Positions 40,501 to 53,620 of a stretch of DNA of 64,000 nucleotides are shown here, piece after piece. The notes under the pieces are model-generated. The model searched no databases. It saw only the letters and a list, made by a program, of their open reading frames with translations, and was not told the DNA's origin. How positions within the stretch are numbered: the first letter of the stretch is position 1; every line of letters starts with the position of its first letter. Origin of the DNA: Balanoglossus misakiensis (lineage: Eukaryota > Animalia > Hemichordata). Where the stretch lies: the NCBI GenBank assembly GCA_040954595.2, contig CM082582.2:6246303-6310302 (forward strand), given 5' to 3'. The translations under genes and the position numbers were made by a program.

Positions 40501-43500
40501 TCGAAAATGCTTTATTATTATACACACGCTCTGATAATATTTTTATAGATATTACTGATGTTTTTGTACATTTTACCACAGTCATTTCAAGTGATGGAAC
40601 ACTTGAAATTTAACAGAGACACTGATAATTACATCTACACACTTAATGGACAGAGGAACTGGCAGATTGCTTCAGTCTGTGATACTCACAAAAGACGCAA
40701 TTTACGTCCGTGTGAATCACACTTTCTGTTTGGCGAAGCAATGGATGACAGAATATGTCGTGATGAACCCGACAACAATTTGTTCACGCCACAGTTTGCA
40801 TTTGAAGATGCTGACTGGCTGAAGATAAAAGTTACCATGGCGACTGATATGTACTAGAGGCACTGTACTCAATGAGCAACAGATGTGTGAACTGCACTAA
40901 ATATAAATGAATTCACTCAACTGATATAACATACTGGATGAGCACAGTCTGCTTTTGTAGATAATTTTCTTTTCTAAAAAAATCATCTACCATGAAATAC
41001 AAACTTAGATGTTTTTTGAGTCCCACTTTAGAGAGGCACATTATCCACACCACATGCAAAAGTATAGGGCAGACTCATGGAATTTTTTAGATATCCGCAA
41101 ATTGACTAAGAGCTATTAAAAATTATTTTTGTTAGGGGACACACTGCTGCCAAGGTTATGAATTCACATCAATAGAAAATGGAAGTTCACCTGCACAAAA
41201 GGCATGTATCGATCGCTGGTGTCCTAACCGAACAAACACCATTAGCAGCCCACACAATAGACAAACGCTTCAATAATATGAAGTTGGCGTTTACTAACAC
41301 TTAAACTACTGGGGGTACTTCTCCTTTGCAGAATGCTGATCACTACTTGGTCTGGGAATTTCTGTTTCATAATAAAAGGGCGTTGGTGTTTCTCATGTCA
41401 AAGTAATGGTCATCGCAATTAAAATGTAAACTGCTCTTCTGAAATACACATTACATTTTATAATTTGTGTAATTTCCACACATTAATTCCAAGGACAGCT
41501 TATCTGGATCTGTGCACAGTGTATACAGAGGCCAGATAACCATTGAAATTTCGGAAATACTGCTACACTGGAGTATGGCATTCGGTCTTGTAAGTTGTAT
41601 CATTGGAACCTGGCGTTTGATTTACTACTTACAAGTGGACCATTTGACAGTCAGAAAGCAACCACACCCTTTGTTAAGGTCATTACAATGTTGATCTTCT
41701 CGACACCAAATGACACACACACATGTCTACGCCATGCAGTTTTCAAAATGAAATCCGCACAGCCTTCGAATATACATTCAGCAGACAACAGAATGTTGAC
41801 AGGGACATAAGCGTTTCTTCAAATGAATCGGTGAAGTGCATTTTGCTTGAGTGGCAGATCAAAAGAGGTTTATCAAGTCTATAACTGATTTTGTTGGTAA
41901 ACCTAAACAGCAGGGTTTCACTAGTCATCTGAAGCTGACAGGTTACATTGTACTTGTACCTTGACTTCTTGCTACATGCACAGCCTTTGAAATTATCACA
42001 ACAAGAATTTGCTTTTGAAAACACTGAAACTGCATTTTTGAATTTCAAATACACCAACAAAAGAAAGATGAACAACATCATCACAAGCAGACTGCACTCT
42101 GGGCCAGTCACATATCAGTGATGACGTTTTTAATTAATTTGGTTGAGAACTCCACTGAAAACCTTAGCTATATGTACATCCCTGCAAGCAATGCAGTGAA
42201 TCACTGTTGCTAGGTATTTTCTATTTACCTAGGAACACAAACAGGGATGCTGTTCTCCAAGTCATCCATCACGAGCATTCAGACCATTCCCACGGTATCT
42301 AACATGACACATGACTTATTATATTCTACATCAAACCACACAAGATTAGTTCCATCATCCCACATTACCCAAATTAAAACCATAGTCGTAAACCACAACC
42401 TCTTTATGGCAACAGTTTCTTCTCTCTCTGTGGATCAGAGATACCAGCAGATGACTTGTCCTAAAAATCATTACAATGTATTTCAAATTTCCAACAATGT
42501 ATGGTTCCAATAACTTGCTTTTCAAAAGTAGCTTAGGTCAGGAAAATATATTTTTTGTTGTTGAGATTTTAGAATTCTAAGTCTCATACTTTTATTCATG
42601 TTAATTCTCATGTAAATTTAATTATCTTATGACATTTACTTTGTTCTGCATTTATTTGGCTATAGGGTTAAGATCGGTACATAAAAATGAGGGTAGGCAG
42701 TTATCTTCAGTAGCACTATACAAAGGGTTGCCAGTTTCATTCAACAAACATGACCTATACATATCCATTAACATTCCAATTTCACTTAGCAAACAGACTG
42801 AAGTAATTGTTATATTGCAATAAATTAAAGATTGCTGTTAACGTTACATTGTATTAGTCAGTGAGGAATTTGATTATTTCCCTGAATGATTTCTTGGAAT
42901 CGAGGAACCTCCAAGGACATATCAATGTCTTTGAACTACATGTAATTACAATGCCAGATTGGAAATTGCAAGATGGGCAAACAATGTGTCTGCAAAGGTT
43001 CACAACAGATTGAGAGGGGGAATATGTATATTTTGCACAATTATCAACCCTGACTAGTATTTTTAATGACATATAACAAGACTGAAAACACCTGTAGTGT
43101 TCACTGTTCATATTAATGCAAAGTGGTATATTACACTTATATAATTTGATTGTATTCGTATTAAAGCTTCGTTGATGACACAACTGATTATAATACATTC
43201 CATTTTTATATCATGATAATTATTGATTTTTTTTTACAAATGATTTACTATCAACTAAAAAAATATTTATTTTGCGGCGATATAGGTGAATCAGTACAAT
43301 AACACTGTGGGCGGATTGATTGACAGCTGCTATTGAATATACGTTCACCATATGAATACCTGAACACACAGCAAGGCAGAATAATGTCAAACAAGTGGCA
43401 TTATTATCAACACATTCTCCGAGTTTGGTCATTGTCTTCAGCTAAACAACGCGTTTTCGGGTCGTTCCCGTTACAAACGACAGATATGGACTGATTGTCC

Positions 43501-43892
43501 AGGCCCCTTGGCCGACCTAGTAACAGTTACTATAATCAACCATTCAACTGCATAACAAAAACCATTCATTTATTATGCGGTACGGTGTACACTATGCAAA
43601 CTACAAATCGTTGTATAGAATGCATTTATGACCTCTTAACAGGGGATGCCCGGTCATTGTAAGGTAGCAGGCTAAAAACGGAGGCGTTCTCTACAAAAAC
43701 CACACACAGTCGGTCACTCACAGCGATGCGGTAGGACTTCCAAAAATAACGAACGACTTACCCGCTCTTCGTCTTTCTCGGAGCGTAGGAAGTTGCCGTC
43801 TTGTTCGCGTCCTTGCTTTTGCTCTTTCGCGGCGAATTCGTACAAAATTTGGTTTCGACTTCGTCCAACAAGTCGTCAATGTCGTCCTCCAT
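37513..43892 (-). CDS. CFAP418: Cilia- and flagella-associated protein 418 (C8orf37 homolog), 194 aa, 4 exons
   Basis: Exons 43892-43762, 38444-38247, 37987-37839, 37619-37513 (585 nt, in phase). [78 protein letters not shown] and [10 protein letters not shown]...LKWVCGRH match the C8orf37 sequence as I recall it. Confidence 0.93.
39924..39937. promoter_or_regulatory. RFX X-box in CFAP418 intron 1
   Basis: GTTACCATGGCAAC; a second near-perfect box GTTACCATGGCGAC is at 40831-40844. Confidence 0.4.
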
Positions 43893-44321
43893 CGTGGACC
43901 AGGAATAAATCAAGCACTTTGTACACAAACCAGTTGAAAAGGGATCCGTTTCGAACCCAGTTTCATAGCTTTCTGCTCCAGCCGAACAGCGCTATCCAAA
44001 TGACCTTTGACACAGGCTGTTTTCGTTGCTAGTCTATAGAGGGCGCTCGTCTTCGAACTAACAGCCCATCCTTGAGAGGCTGACACCTCTCCCCATGAAT
44101 GGGTTGTTCCAAAACAACAGGAACTGATGACGAATCGGGGTTATTGCGCAAGTGGCGTGCAAGTGAGGTTGTTGAGAAATAGAAGTCAGTCTCTGAAAAG
44201 ATCACTGTCGCCAGTCTTGAGTTAGTTTGGAGGAAGAACAGTTTCCATTTCGTTAACAGCGAGAAATCTTACAGCGAATTTATTATCACTCGTGTCCAGT
44301 GTAAGGCGTTTACCCTAAATC
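43893..44321. promoter_or_regulatory. Bidirectional promoter between CFAP418 and eIF6
   Basis: The divergent ATGs (43892 minus, 44322 plus) are separated by only 429 bp. Confidence 0.75.
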
Positions 44322-46437
44322 ATGGCTGTTCGTGCACTGTTTGAAAACAGCAATGAAGTCGGCGTGTTCTCCAAGTTGACCAATGCATACTGCCTCGTTG
44401 CGATCGGTGGATCGGAAAACTTTTACAGGTATTTTACAAATATTCTCTTGGTCCAATGGGTCAGACAGTTGACCAATGCTGCATCCCATTTGACCGTATT
44501 CACATCCTGCACTCACACTTGCAATGTCGAATGACTTGCAGTTTCACTACTCATAGCTTCAGTACCGTGGCTCGAGGTTTTGTCTGGTATTGCCTATATT
44601 TGATGTTGTTGTACACACACATTGATGATGATGATGATGATGATTCTTACCCAAATGGTATTACCCGTAAGGATCTTGTCAAGAAGAATGTTTGCCTGTC
44701 TTCCTCGGCCATCAGTTATTCATGGATCTGCACATGTCTGTTCTTCATTTCAGTATCTTTGAGAGTGAACTGTCTGAAGTAATCCCAGTAGTACACACCT
44801 CAGTGGCTGGATGCAGAATCATCGGTAGAATGACTGTCGGTAAGTTGCCAATATTGACTGCTATGTGTACGTTGCTATGCATACTGTCTTCTTCATGATC
44901 TGTGATGATTTTGTAAATGTTTTGTTTACCCACAGGAAATCGGCATGGCCTGCTGGTTCCAAACTCCACAACAGATCAAGAGTTACAACACATCAGAAAT
45001 TCCCTGCCAGACAGTGTCACAATACAGAGGATTGAAGAGAGATTATCAGCATTGGGCAATGTGATTGCCTGCAATGATTATGTTGCGTTAGTTCACCCTG
45101 ACCTAGACAGAGTAAGTCCATAATGATGATCTGTTGGGCACATCATTTGTCTGTCAAAGACCACTAGTTAAATTGAAAAAAAACTTCCAAGATTTGGAGC
45201 TATACTTGTTGTATGAGAAGAAATTATATGTCAGCTTTAGGAACCCATTGTCGGAAAGAAGAGCTTCACTCTCACCAAAAAAGCTCTGGCAAACTTCAAT
45301 GGGAAACTATGGAATTGTGAGCAAGACATTTAAATATTCATGAGCAATTTCACCATTGGAATTAGCCAATCACTTATCGTTTCAGAAAACGTCTTCAGTA
45401 TCTGCGCAGTGCATATGTTTTGTCACAAAACTAATGTGAATCTTGCCTTTCTCTCGTCAGGAAACAGAAGAAATCCTAGCGGACGTACTGAAAGTCGAAG
45501 TATTCCGTCAGACCGTAGCAGATAATGTCTTGGTTGGAACATATTGCGCGATCAGCAATCAAGGTGCTCTGGTAGGTTGGGGGTCAAGTGCTTGGATTTT
45601 TGATCGATTAAGTGGTTAGCAGTGTGAGACGTATAGGGCTTTTCTGTGGGTACTGCATGGTCTATAACACTACTGTGATGTCGTGTGACGTTATTTCCGT
45701 TTTGCTATTGGACACAGGTTCATCCCCGCACATCGGTTGAAGACCAGGACGAATTGTCATCTTTGCTTCAAGTGCCCCTTGTGGTAAGAGCACACAGCTT
45801 TGTCATGTGAAAAAAGAAACTCAATCTCGTGAAAAGGATAAGTCGGTCACAGGACAAAATGCCTAGTTGGGCTCACTAAAAAGTGTCAGTTTCAGCAGAC
45901 CCAAACGGCTTGCTAGTATTTCACAGTAATTGGTGTTGCTTTCTGTCTATATAGGCTGGTACGGTGAACAGAGGTAGTGAGGTCATTGGCGCCGGGATGG
46001 TGGTCAACGACTGGTGTTCCTTCTGTGGACTGGATACGACAAGTACTGAACTGTCGGTCATCGAGAGCGTTTTCAAGCTGGGTGAATCTCAGCCCAGTAA
46101 AGTGGCGACAGAGATGAGAGACACATTGATTGACAGGTAAGCTGAAGTCACTGTTCATCCAGAGAGCGGTTTTGTGGTTGTTCTTCCCCATTCCTGTACT
46201 TACAGCTCGATTAGCTGTACAGGGCCACTATCTGCAACTTGTGATTGTTCTCCAAAGAACTAACACAGATTGGTGGCGGCCATTTTGAATATCAAATTTG
46301 AGACAATTTCGCTGTGTAAACAAAAGTGTGGACATAATTGCCACAGAGGGCGTGTACTATGATCATTCTAATCCAATGGTGACAGGAGAACACATTTTTA
46401 AAAGGTCTATTTTTTCCTGTTTTGCAGCATGACGTAG
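44322..46437 (+). CDS. EIF6: Eukaryotic translation initiation factor 6 (245 aa, 7 exons)
   Basis: Exons 44322-44428, 44754-44839, 44936-45111, 45461-45571, 45718-45783, 45955-46136, 46428-46437 (738 nt). [26 protein letters not shown]...[46 protein letters not shown]...[20 protein letters not shown]...DSMT. Confidence 0.98.
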
Positions 46438-49400
46438 TGACATAACATCTTCAAACATAGCGGCTACTACAGGACTAAACCAGCGCACTTATGCAGTCAC
46501 AACATGACAGGATGAAAAGCTGAATATACAAGCAGGGTGTATGAAGATGCTGTAATCTTCACAAGCAGCATAACCACACAGTAACCATATGAAACGACCA
46601 TTTTATTAGTACTTTGAAAAGTTGTAGTAGGCCAGTCCCTTTTGAGAATACCTCCAGAGATATGAACTGTGGGCATCCCAGTTTTGACTGGTTGGGTTGA
46701 AATAACTTGCCTTGACAGGTCTTTATGTATTCTGCAGAAAGACCAAATAAAAGACCTGGTCTGTTCACTATTAAAATTGACTTTCATTGTAGATGTCTTG
46801 TTACCGCTGTAAAAACAATTTCCTTTGCACTGGAACCTGTAATAAAATTGTGGACTAGTTACAACTGTTCTTATATCAAAGCAGTTCTTCAAACTAAATG
46901 GAAAATCTAACGCCATGAAGGAATTGACATAAGCATTTTTGTTTTTGAGTCACTTCTATGAAAATGTAGGGTAAACATGTACAATCATGATTCGACATCA
47001 CTTGAAAATGTGTTGAATTCTGACTAGTAGAACATTTACTGGTGGTTGAAAAAAAAACGGGCTGTTACACAGCTCATATAACTGACTTTTCTTTCTTATA
47101 CTAGTAGCATGAGTTTCTAGGATGTGTCTGAGTTTCAGTTGCAAACATTCAGACGAAATACTTTTGTTAGGGTGGGAAATTTGCAGGTTTACTATATTAT
47201 GTCAACAGCGCCCTCTTACGGGCAATTCGTGTCAAATTGTCATAAACCATGGATATTCCGAGGAAAACGGGCTTGTTCTTTTCTCGAGTAATCTATGCAT
47301 GGACACAAAGTAGTATTTTCTGGAAATAAAAACCTCAAAATTTGGAAATTATGGAAAGAATCGCTGGTGTCACTTTCCTTATTTCTGGGTGATAGTTTTG
47401 TCAAGTTGTAGATTTGTTAGATGTAAAAAGTGAAGTGGGGATCAAAGCTTGATGCCTCCAGTTTTAGTTACTGTATACATGTGGTAGGTCATTCCACATA
47501 TGCCGTGTAAGCGTCGCACAGCTCTCACGCGATTGTGGGTCATTTTGTACATTCCAATCTGCATTTTCAGTGTTTTAGTTGGTGAATATGTAAATATTAG
47601 ACCAAAGTACAAAATGCGTCTTTTGCTACAATTGGAATAGCGGTATTGTGGCGTATGTCTTCTAACTTTTTTGTTGAAGTTCCGCCGTTCACTATTTCTA
47701 TGGTTTGGTTGATTTACTCACACTGCGACAATCGGAGAAAAGAAATACTGATTTTACTGTATATTAAATTGTCTTCTCCTTTCACTTCCTGGACAGTTCC
47801 CACGGAGAGTGATATGTAATTTCGTTTTGAACAACAATAGGCACCTCGTAAAAGTTAAGAAGTCACGCCATAATTTCACTCTAAATATGTCACCCCAGAG
47901 GCTATTTACGCACGTCAAGAGGGCGCTGTTTACTATTGTTTTCTTCACAAAAGGCGCAGCCGAAAGTACGGAGTCAAGAAATTTAACAATAGCAACGCCA
48001 GCGCAGAGATGTGCTGTGAGGGTTGCTTGTTAGAGTCCTTTGTGCTCTTGTAGATGCCAACATACCACCTAGGAGGGATGGCAATCGTCTGCATTGTTTC
48101 TTTTCTCTTGTTTTTGACAAAGAAAATATTTATGGTGTTCATTTCAAACGCCCGGGATTTCTAAGGCCACAATCGTCGCCGTTGTACTCTGTTCGAAATC
48201 CGTAATCGAATTCTGCGTCATTTACTGCTAAAGTTAGCTTCATTATTTTACGGACGAAATGCTACATTGAAAGACCCGAGTTCCGATAAGAATGCGTCTC
48301 TATCCTAAAATGTTATTCTGAATTCGATGTTTTCGTGGTATTTGTTGGTTGCATATAGTGCAATTTAAACTCGGGCAATTCGGCTCGAAGTATCGCATGG
48401 TAGTGCGAAAAGCTCCTCCCCTACACTGATTTTTGTGCAATTGATCTCTCACACAACAGATTGTGTAGAGGGCCGGGGCATTAACAACCCGCCGCCACCC
48501 CCATCTCCGTTCAAGCACAAACTCTTCAAATCTAAACACTTGTAGCCGTGAACAAACTGTATACGACAACCTGTTGATTCTGACGTTTAACCCCAGACAT
48601 GACGTACTTGTATATGTACTTGTGATTTCAACAAGCCGCTCCCTTGAACCTCAAGCACAAAATCGATCGCGACGCTGATAACCAACCCTTGCCCTTGCAC
48701 CGGTACTGCAGCTAAACTATTTTGGGCGGTGTTCAATTTAATAGTGATCTTTACTCGGATCATTATTTAACTTGCGATCGGATGCTTTATGATACAGACT
48801 GCTCCTCGACTCGCCCACACACTAGTGTTGGCTGCTCCTAAATCCTTATATTATATTATTCTAAGCAAAGTCACCCTTGATAGCCAGTTGGGCAAACCAT
48901 ATAGAGTTAGACCAGGCCCCGGGCTCTGTGGACAAGATTAAGCCCGACGAGCGGTTCCCCTTCGCTGGGTGGGGGTAGGGGCACCCCGGGGGCATTCGAC
49001 CTAGCAATACAATCCAGGGAGTAAAGGCAGTGGCCGTGTATAGCCAGATCTGGAGATACAATACATGACGGAATATTTGATGGGTGAAAACGAATAACAG
49101 CGCAGTAAAATCCAACAAGTATCTCCAAATTTATGACTTGTTTGTGGGCACAACATTCATGTATGCTTTGGTAACAGTGAAACACGTCCTCGTTATTTCC
49201 GAATGATGGCAATCATGCAAATATTAAGCGGAGTTAAAAGTGCATGATGTTGTATACCGCGGGGCTTGAGTGCGAAAGTTACAGTATTCAAGCACAACTG
49301 GTGAAGCCACGGTAAATTTGTTCCGCAAACTTCCACCGTAAATCTAACGCATCAATAACGGGAATGAAAATAAATTTAAAAGATTGACGGGTTCAGCACT

Positions 49401-51277
49401 GTAGGAAGATGAATGAATTTGACATCTAAATTGCAGAGATGAACAGTACACATGAATGCACACAGTCACCTTTACGATAACGGGTTTCTGCAGTCAAGGT
49501 ACGCAGCAGCTATGTTACGCTAGCACTTAGTAAACTCGGGTAGAAATTTAAGTTTATTACTAAAAGGTTTATTTCGCCATATCGACGGAAAAATAAAATA
49601 CCAGCCTGGAGTTGGCGATGTAGGTTAGGGACATGTACACTCCATTTCCTTTATGAAGGGTACTCTTGGTTACAAATTGGTTTCCACACACCGTGTGTAC
49701 TCAACCATAACGGTGTGCGTCTTTTCAAATCGTGATGTGGGTTCTTGCGCTACCTGACAAAAATGTTCACCTACGCTACGGGGGCCTGACACGTAACTAG
49801 TACACAACCCCCTTGGGTATCAATGCTGGCTTTGTCACTTTCCTCGATCGCGATGCTTCGAAATTTAATAAGCACTTAATCACATCTGTAAACAGGCGCT
49901 GTGACTTGAACTGCACATACCTGGCAATTCTATCACGTAGCATATGGATGCATATCAATGCTTACGAAAATTTACGCTAACGTACAGTCACTCTACGCAG
50001 GTTGAACTGTGTTCTCACATATTGGTATGCCACGCTGAGGTCACAAAATGTCTCTCTCAGCTCCAACACAACGTACAGCATTTCTCGGTCACAGTATGAT
50101 ATGCACTTGGCGTCCACTGGGACGGTAATAAAGTAATAAATTAAAAAATATATTGGATTATTCTCAACATATTGACATTCTCTGATAAGTCTCCAATTAG
50201 ATAGTTACTGTTCGGTGACATTATGGCGTGTTTTACGGCCTGACGTCATAAAACACGTCATAAAATCTTTTGACAAGCAAAGTGAAAAGGAGCACGCTGC
50301 AGTGACGATTGTCACAGTTTAACGAGAATCTTGTCCAGACTCAGACATTAAACATTACTCCTTGACAGACGTAAATTTATTTTTACACGTTTACAAGACA
50401 ATCATTTTTTAGACTCGACTTTTAATTCACGAGGGAGAATGAAAGAGAAATTTGCATGTCCACGACAGCGGGTGCTCTTTTGAACAAAGCATGTCCATAC
50501 ATAGCATCTATACCTGCCAGCCAGACATCCTATACAGTTTACAATATTAAATACAAATCATATCATAACTATATAACTACAATTCTTGGGTTAAGCTTAA
50601 TGTTATGGACGTTTTGTCAAATGCTAATACTAGTAACGGCCGACAAGGGAAATCACCATAAATCCTAACGCCAAATACCGGACACATCAGCCAGTTCAAG
50701 CAGACGAGAGAATAAATCTCACACCTTCAAGGGTCTTATTTTTCTGTTTACACTATGTCCTCATGTCAGCGACGGAAAGAGAAAGTAATGGCGTTGTGTG
50801 TCGACTCCCAATGGCTTTAACTGTTACCAAATCGACGTTTTGACACTTATTCGCCAATAAAAGGACTGTTTGCCTTTTAATCCAATCCATATAGAGACCA
50901 GCGTCTTTTCTTTGCATACGGTAGAGACCACCGGTCCTTTGTCAAATATGCACGGGCTTCACAATAGCGAGAGCGATGTATACGTAGCTTTAACCGCGCA
51001 CATTCCAAATCAATGCACAGATTTGTCCAATTTCGTCGAGGTCAACTTCGTTGTTACCTGAAATCCGTAAATTGCGAGAAACCAGACCTATAAGACCCGT
51101 GACTGTACGTCAAAAACGGGACCTACTTGCTGCACGCTCATAGCATTCACACGCAGTTTGCTTTGAATGTTTTCTCATGGACACAGGTATTAAAAATCCA
51201 TTATCCATGCCCGTGGTGTCGTTTTTTCAGGGTTATACATTGACAGCACTAAATAATGGTGATAACAAAAATCCTGA

Positions 51278-52033
51278 TTATACATGGCCATTATGGTGTG
51301 TGTTGGGATCGACGCTATCGTGTTTTTGCGCGGGCTCGCTGTTCGTCGACAAGGAGGATGAAGAAGTACTTTCCGTCGCCGTTGTTGCGTCGGATTCGGA
51401 GCCCGTGTCACTGTGGCCGTCGACGACATGATTAATCTTGTCAGGTGGTTTGGACGCAACTCTTGTAATTGGTATGATCCTTTCCTTCGGTGGGGGTTTG
51501 ACGGTTATTTTAGGAGCCTTTATAGACAGAATATTCTCAGGTGACAACGATGCGGTCACGGTCTCTGGTTCAACGTTCGACGGGAGCACGTACTGGCGGC
51601 TGAATTCGCGAGAAACGTAGTCAAGTCCACATACTTTCTCCTCGTGTTTTGCGTGCACGACGACGCGGTGCTCAATTCCCCGCACGACAATCTCCTCCAG
51701 TTCAAACTCGCCGACGTCCAAGAGCACTTCCCAGAACTGGTCATCGCCTTCGGAGTGACCGCTGCTCACCGACTGCACCGAGGGTGTCCTGAATAACGGC
51801 GAGCTGTCACCGAATGACATGTGCCGCCCGCCGTGCGGGTTGCTCGGGGACGCCAGCGGCGAAGAATCCCACGCCGCGGACCCGTTTCTGGAGCTGGGGT
51901 GGAACGGTGACCGCTGCGGCTGCTCGAAGGGCGACCGCAGAGGCTGTCCGTGGCTGGAGTTGGACCAGGTGAAGAAGTCGTCCAAGTTGAACGGGCTGGG
52001 AACGGGGTGTCGCCTATCACCACTGCCCGACAT
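51278..52033 (-). CDS. Small heat-shock protein (HSP20/alpha-crystallin domain), intronless CDS, 251 aa
   Basis: First ATG at 52033 (MSGSGDRRHPVPSPF). Alpha-crystallin domain WEVLLDVGEFELEEIVV...HAKHEEK...YVSREFSRQYVLPSNVEPETVTASLSPENILSIKAP, followed by the IXI motif ERIIPIT. The ORF track start at 52156 is a GTG. Confidence 0.92.
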   Translation of the reverse strand: MSGSGDRRHPVPSPFNLDDFFTWSNSSHGQPLRSPFEQPQRSPFHPSSRNGSAAWDSSPLASPSNPHGGRHMSFGDSSPLFRTPSVQSVSSGHSEGDDQFWEVLLDVGEFELEEIVVRGIEHRVVVHAKHEEKVCGLDYVSREFSRQYVLPSNVEPETVTASLSPENILSIKAPKITVKPPPKERIIPITRVASKPPDKINHVVDGHSDTGSESDATTATESTSSSSLSTNSEPAQKHDSVDPNTHHNGHV

Positions 52034-53440
52034 GTTGTCCACATGTACTCGTGAATTGATCACCGAGTCACATCTGGTGTTTGACTGAAACAGCCAGCTC
52101 GCGTCGTTTATAGAAACACTCCCACATACGACGAGTAGACCCAGTAATGCGTACACTGTTTATCACGTCTCGAGTGGACATATGACAAATCTCGACAGCT
52201 AGCCGAGCTGTAGTAGCTGGACTCAAGCGTCAAACAACGGCTGGGGTCACTCTCTCGCCAACGAATAACAGCGATGATGACTGTGTAGAAATTGGTCACC
52301 GCGTCCAGGTATTCCACACACAATGCGCAGAAACAATTGGACAACACCCTTGGTAATTCATCTGCATTAAACGCGCGCTATAGTTCCTACCCTGGTGACA
52401 TCAAAAACCCTCCTTTACAATGATGATTGTGTTCTGCCTTCCCCGTAAAACGCGTCATTGTAGTCTAGTCCAAGTAGCTGGGGGTATGCGGGGTCACCGA
52501 GGTGGCTGTGTAATTTTATGACCAGGTATGTTGTGGCCAAAGATCAAACATGGAAGGGTTAATTTATTTATTTATCTGTTTATTAATTTATTTTGTGTGT
52601 GTTTTTATTTATGTTGAATCATCCTAGTTGAAGCCCCAAGTCTCAGATTTTTGAGAGAAATTTTATTCCAATAAAATTTATCATGACAACATGGCGAATT
52701 TTCTCTTCTTTTAGTCCCATCCGACATTTCAGTTCTCGTTGTGATGGTCCCTTTTTATTTTTAATCTCCGCGCCTGATTGATTTGATTATTTCTTGGTCC
52801 CGGAGTCATCTGTACTATTTGACCAGTCCACATATTCAATTCTATTGAATCCCTCTGAGTGAGATCAAACGGCCAGCACCCTGTCCCTTTTTCACCTGAC
52901 TAAAGCGCATTACAAAAGCACGCGGGGTCATATATGAAGACCTTGCAGTTTTTTATCCCGGTCTCTCCGCTTTCAAAATTTCTTTTCAGGCGCGACCTTT
53001 ATTATGAACAGCAGTTGGGCATGGTCGAACTTTCATAGAAATCGCATAGAGTATGACACTGGGTTTACATGCGCGCCGATAATGAGGTTGCTTTCTCGCC
53101 GAAGGGTTTGCAAAGGCCACCATAAAGGAGCGCTATAAGAATAGTCGAATTATTCATTAACTATATGGGGTCAGCCAATCGTGTGTTTGTTTAGACTTCA
53201 ATAAAGGGTGAGTGGTTCGGCTGGCTGGCGCTGTAGTCCCGTTCAGAGCAATTTTTGGCCAATTGCTTCGAATTCAGTGTTACTGTGGCGTATTTTCACA
53301 TGTCTTATGTCAACTGCAATAATTCTGTTTAATAAATTTCGGCAATTTTTGTCACCTCAGAGAATTGTGTATAGTTCTCACAAAACAGTCTTTTCCAGTG
53401 AGGGTGTAACATATTCATGCTCTAAAATATCACCTACATC

Positions 53441-53620
53441 ATGAATGAATGAATGAATGAATGAATGAATGAATGAATGAATGAATGAATGAATGAATGA
53501 ATGAATGAATGAATGAATGAATGAATGAATGAATGAATGAATGAATGAATGAATGAACGAACGAACGAACGAACGAACGAACGAACGAACGAACGAACGA
53601 ACGAACGAACGAACGAACGA
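53441..53620. repeat. Compound microsatellite (GAAT)n(GAAC)n
   Basis: The GAAT run switches in phase to GAAC at ~53555. Confidence 0.98.

Noticed and set aside
48967-48992. G-quadruplex-like run or structured ncRNA
   Set aside because: Single motif with no recognisable RNA family, probably a repeat fragment.
52160-53100. Heat-shock element upstream of the sHSP
   Set aside because: No correctly spaced triple nGAAn array was seen; the best candidate near 53027 is off by one base.
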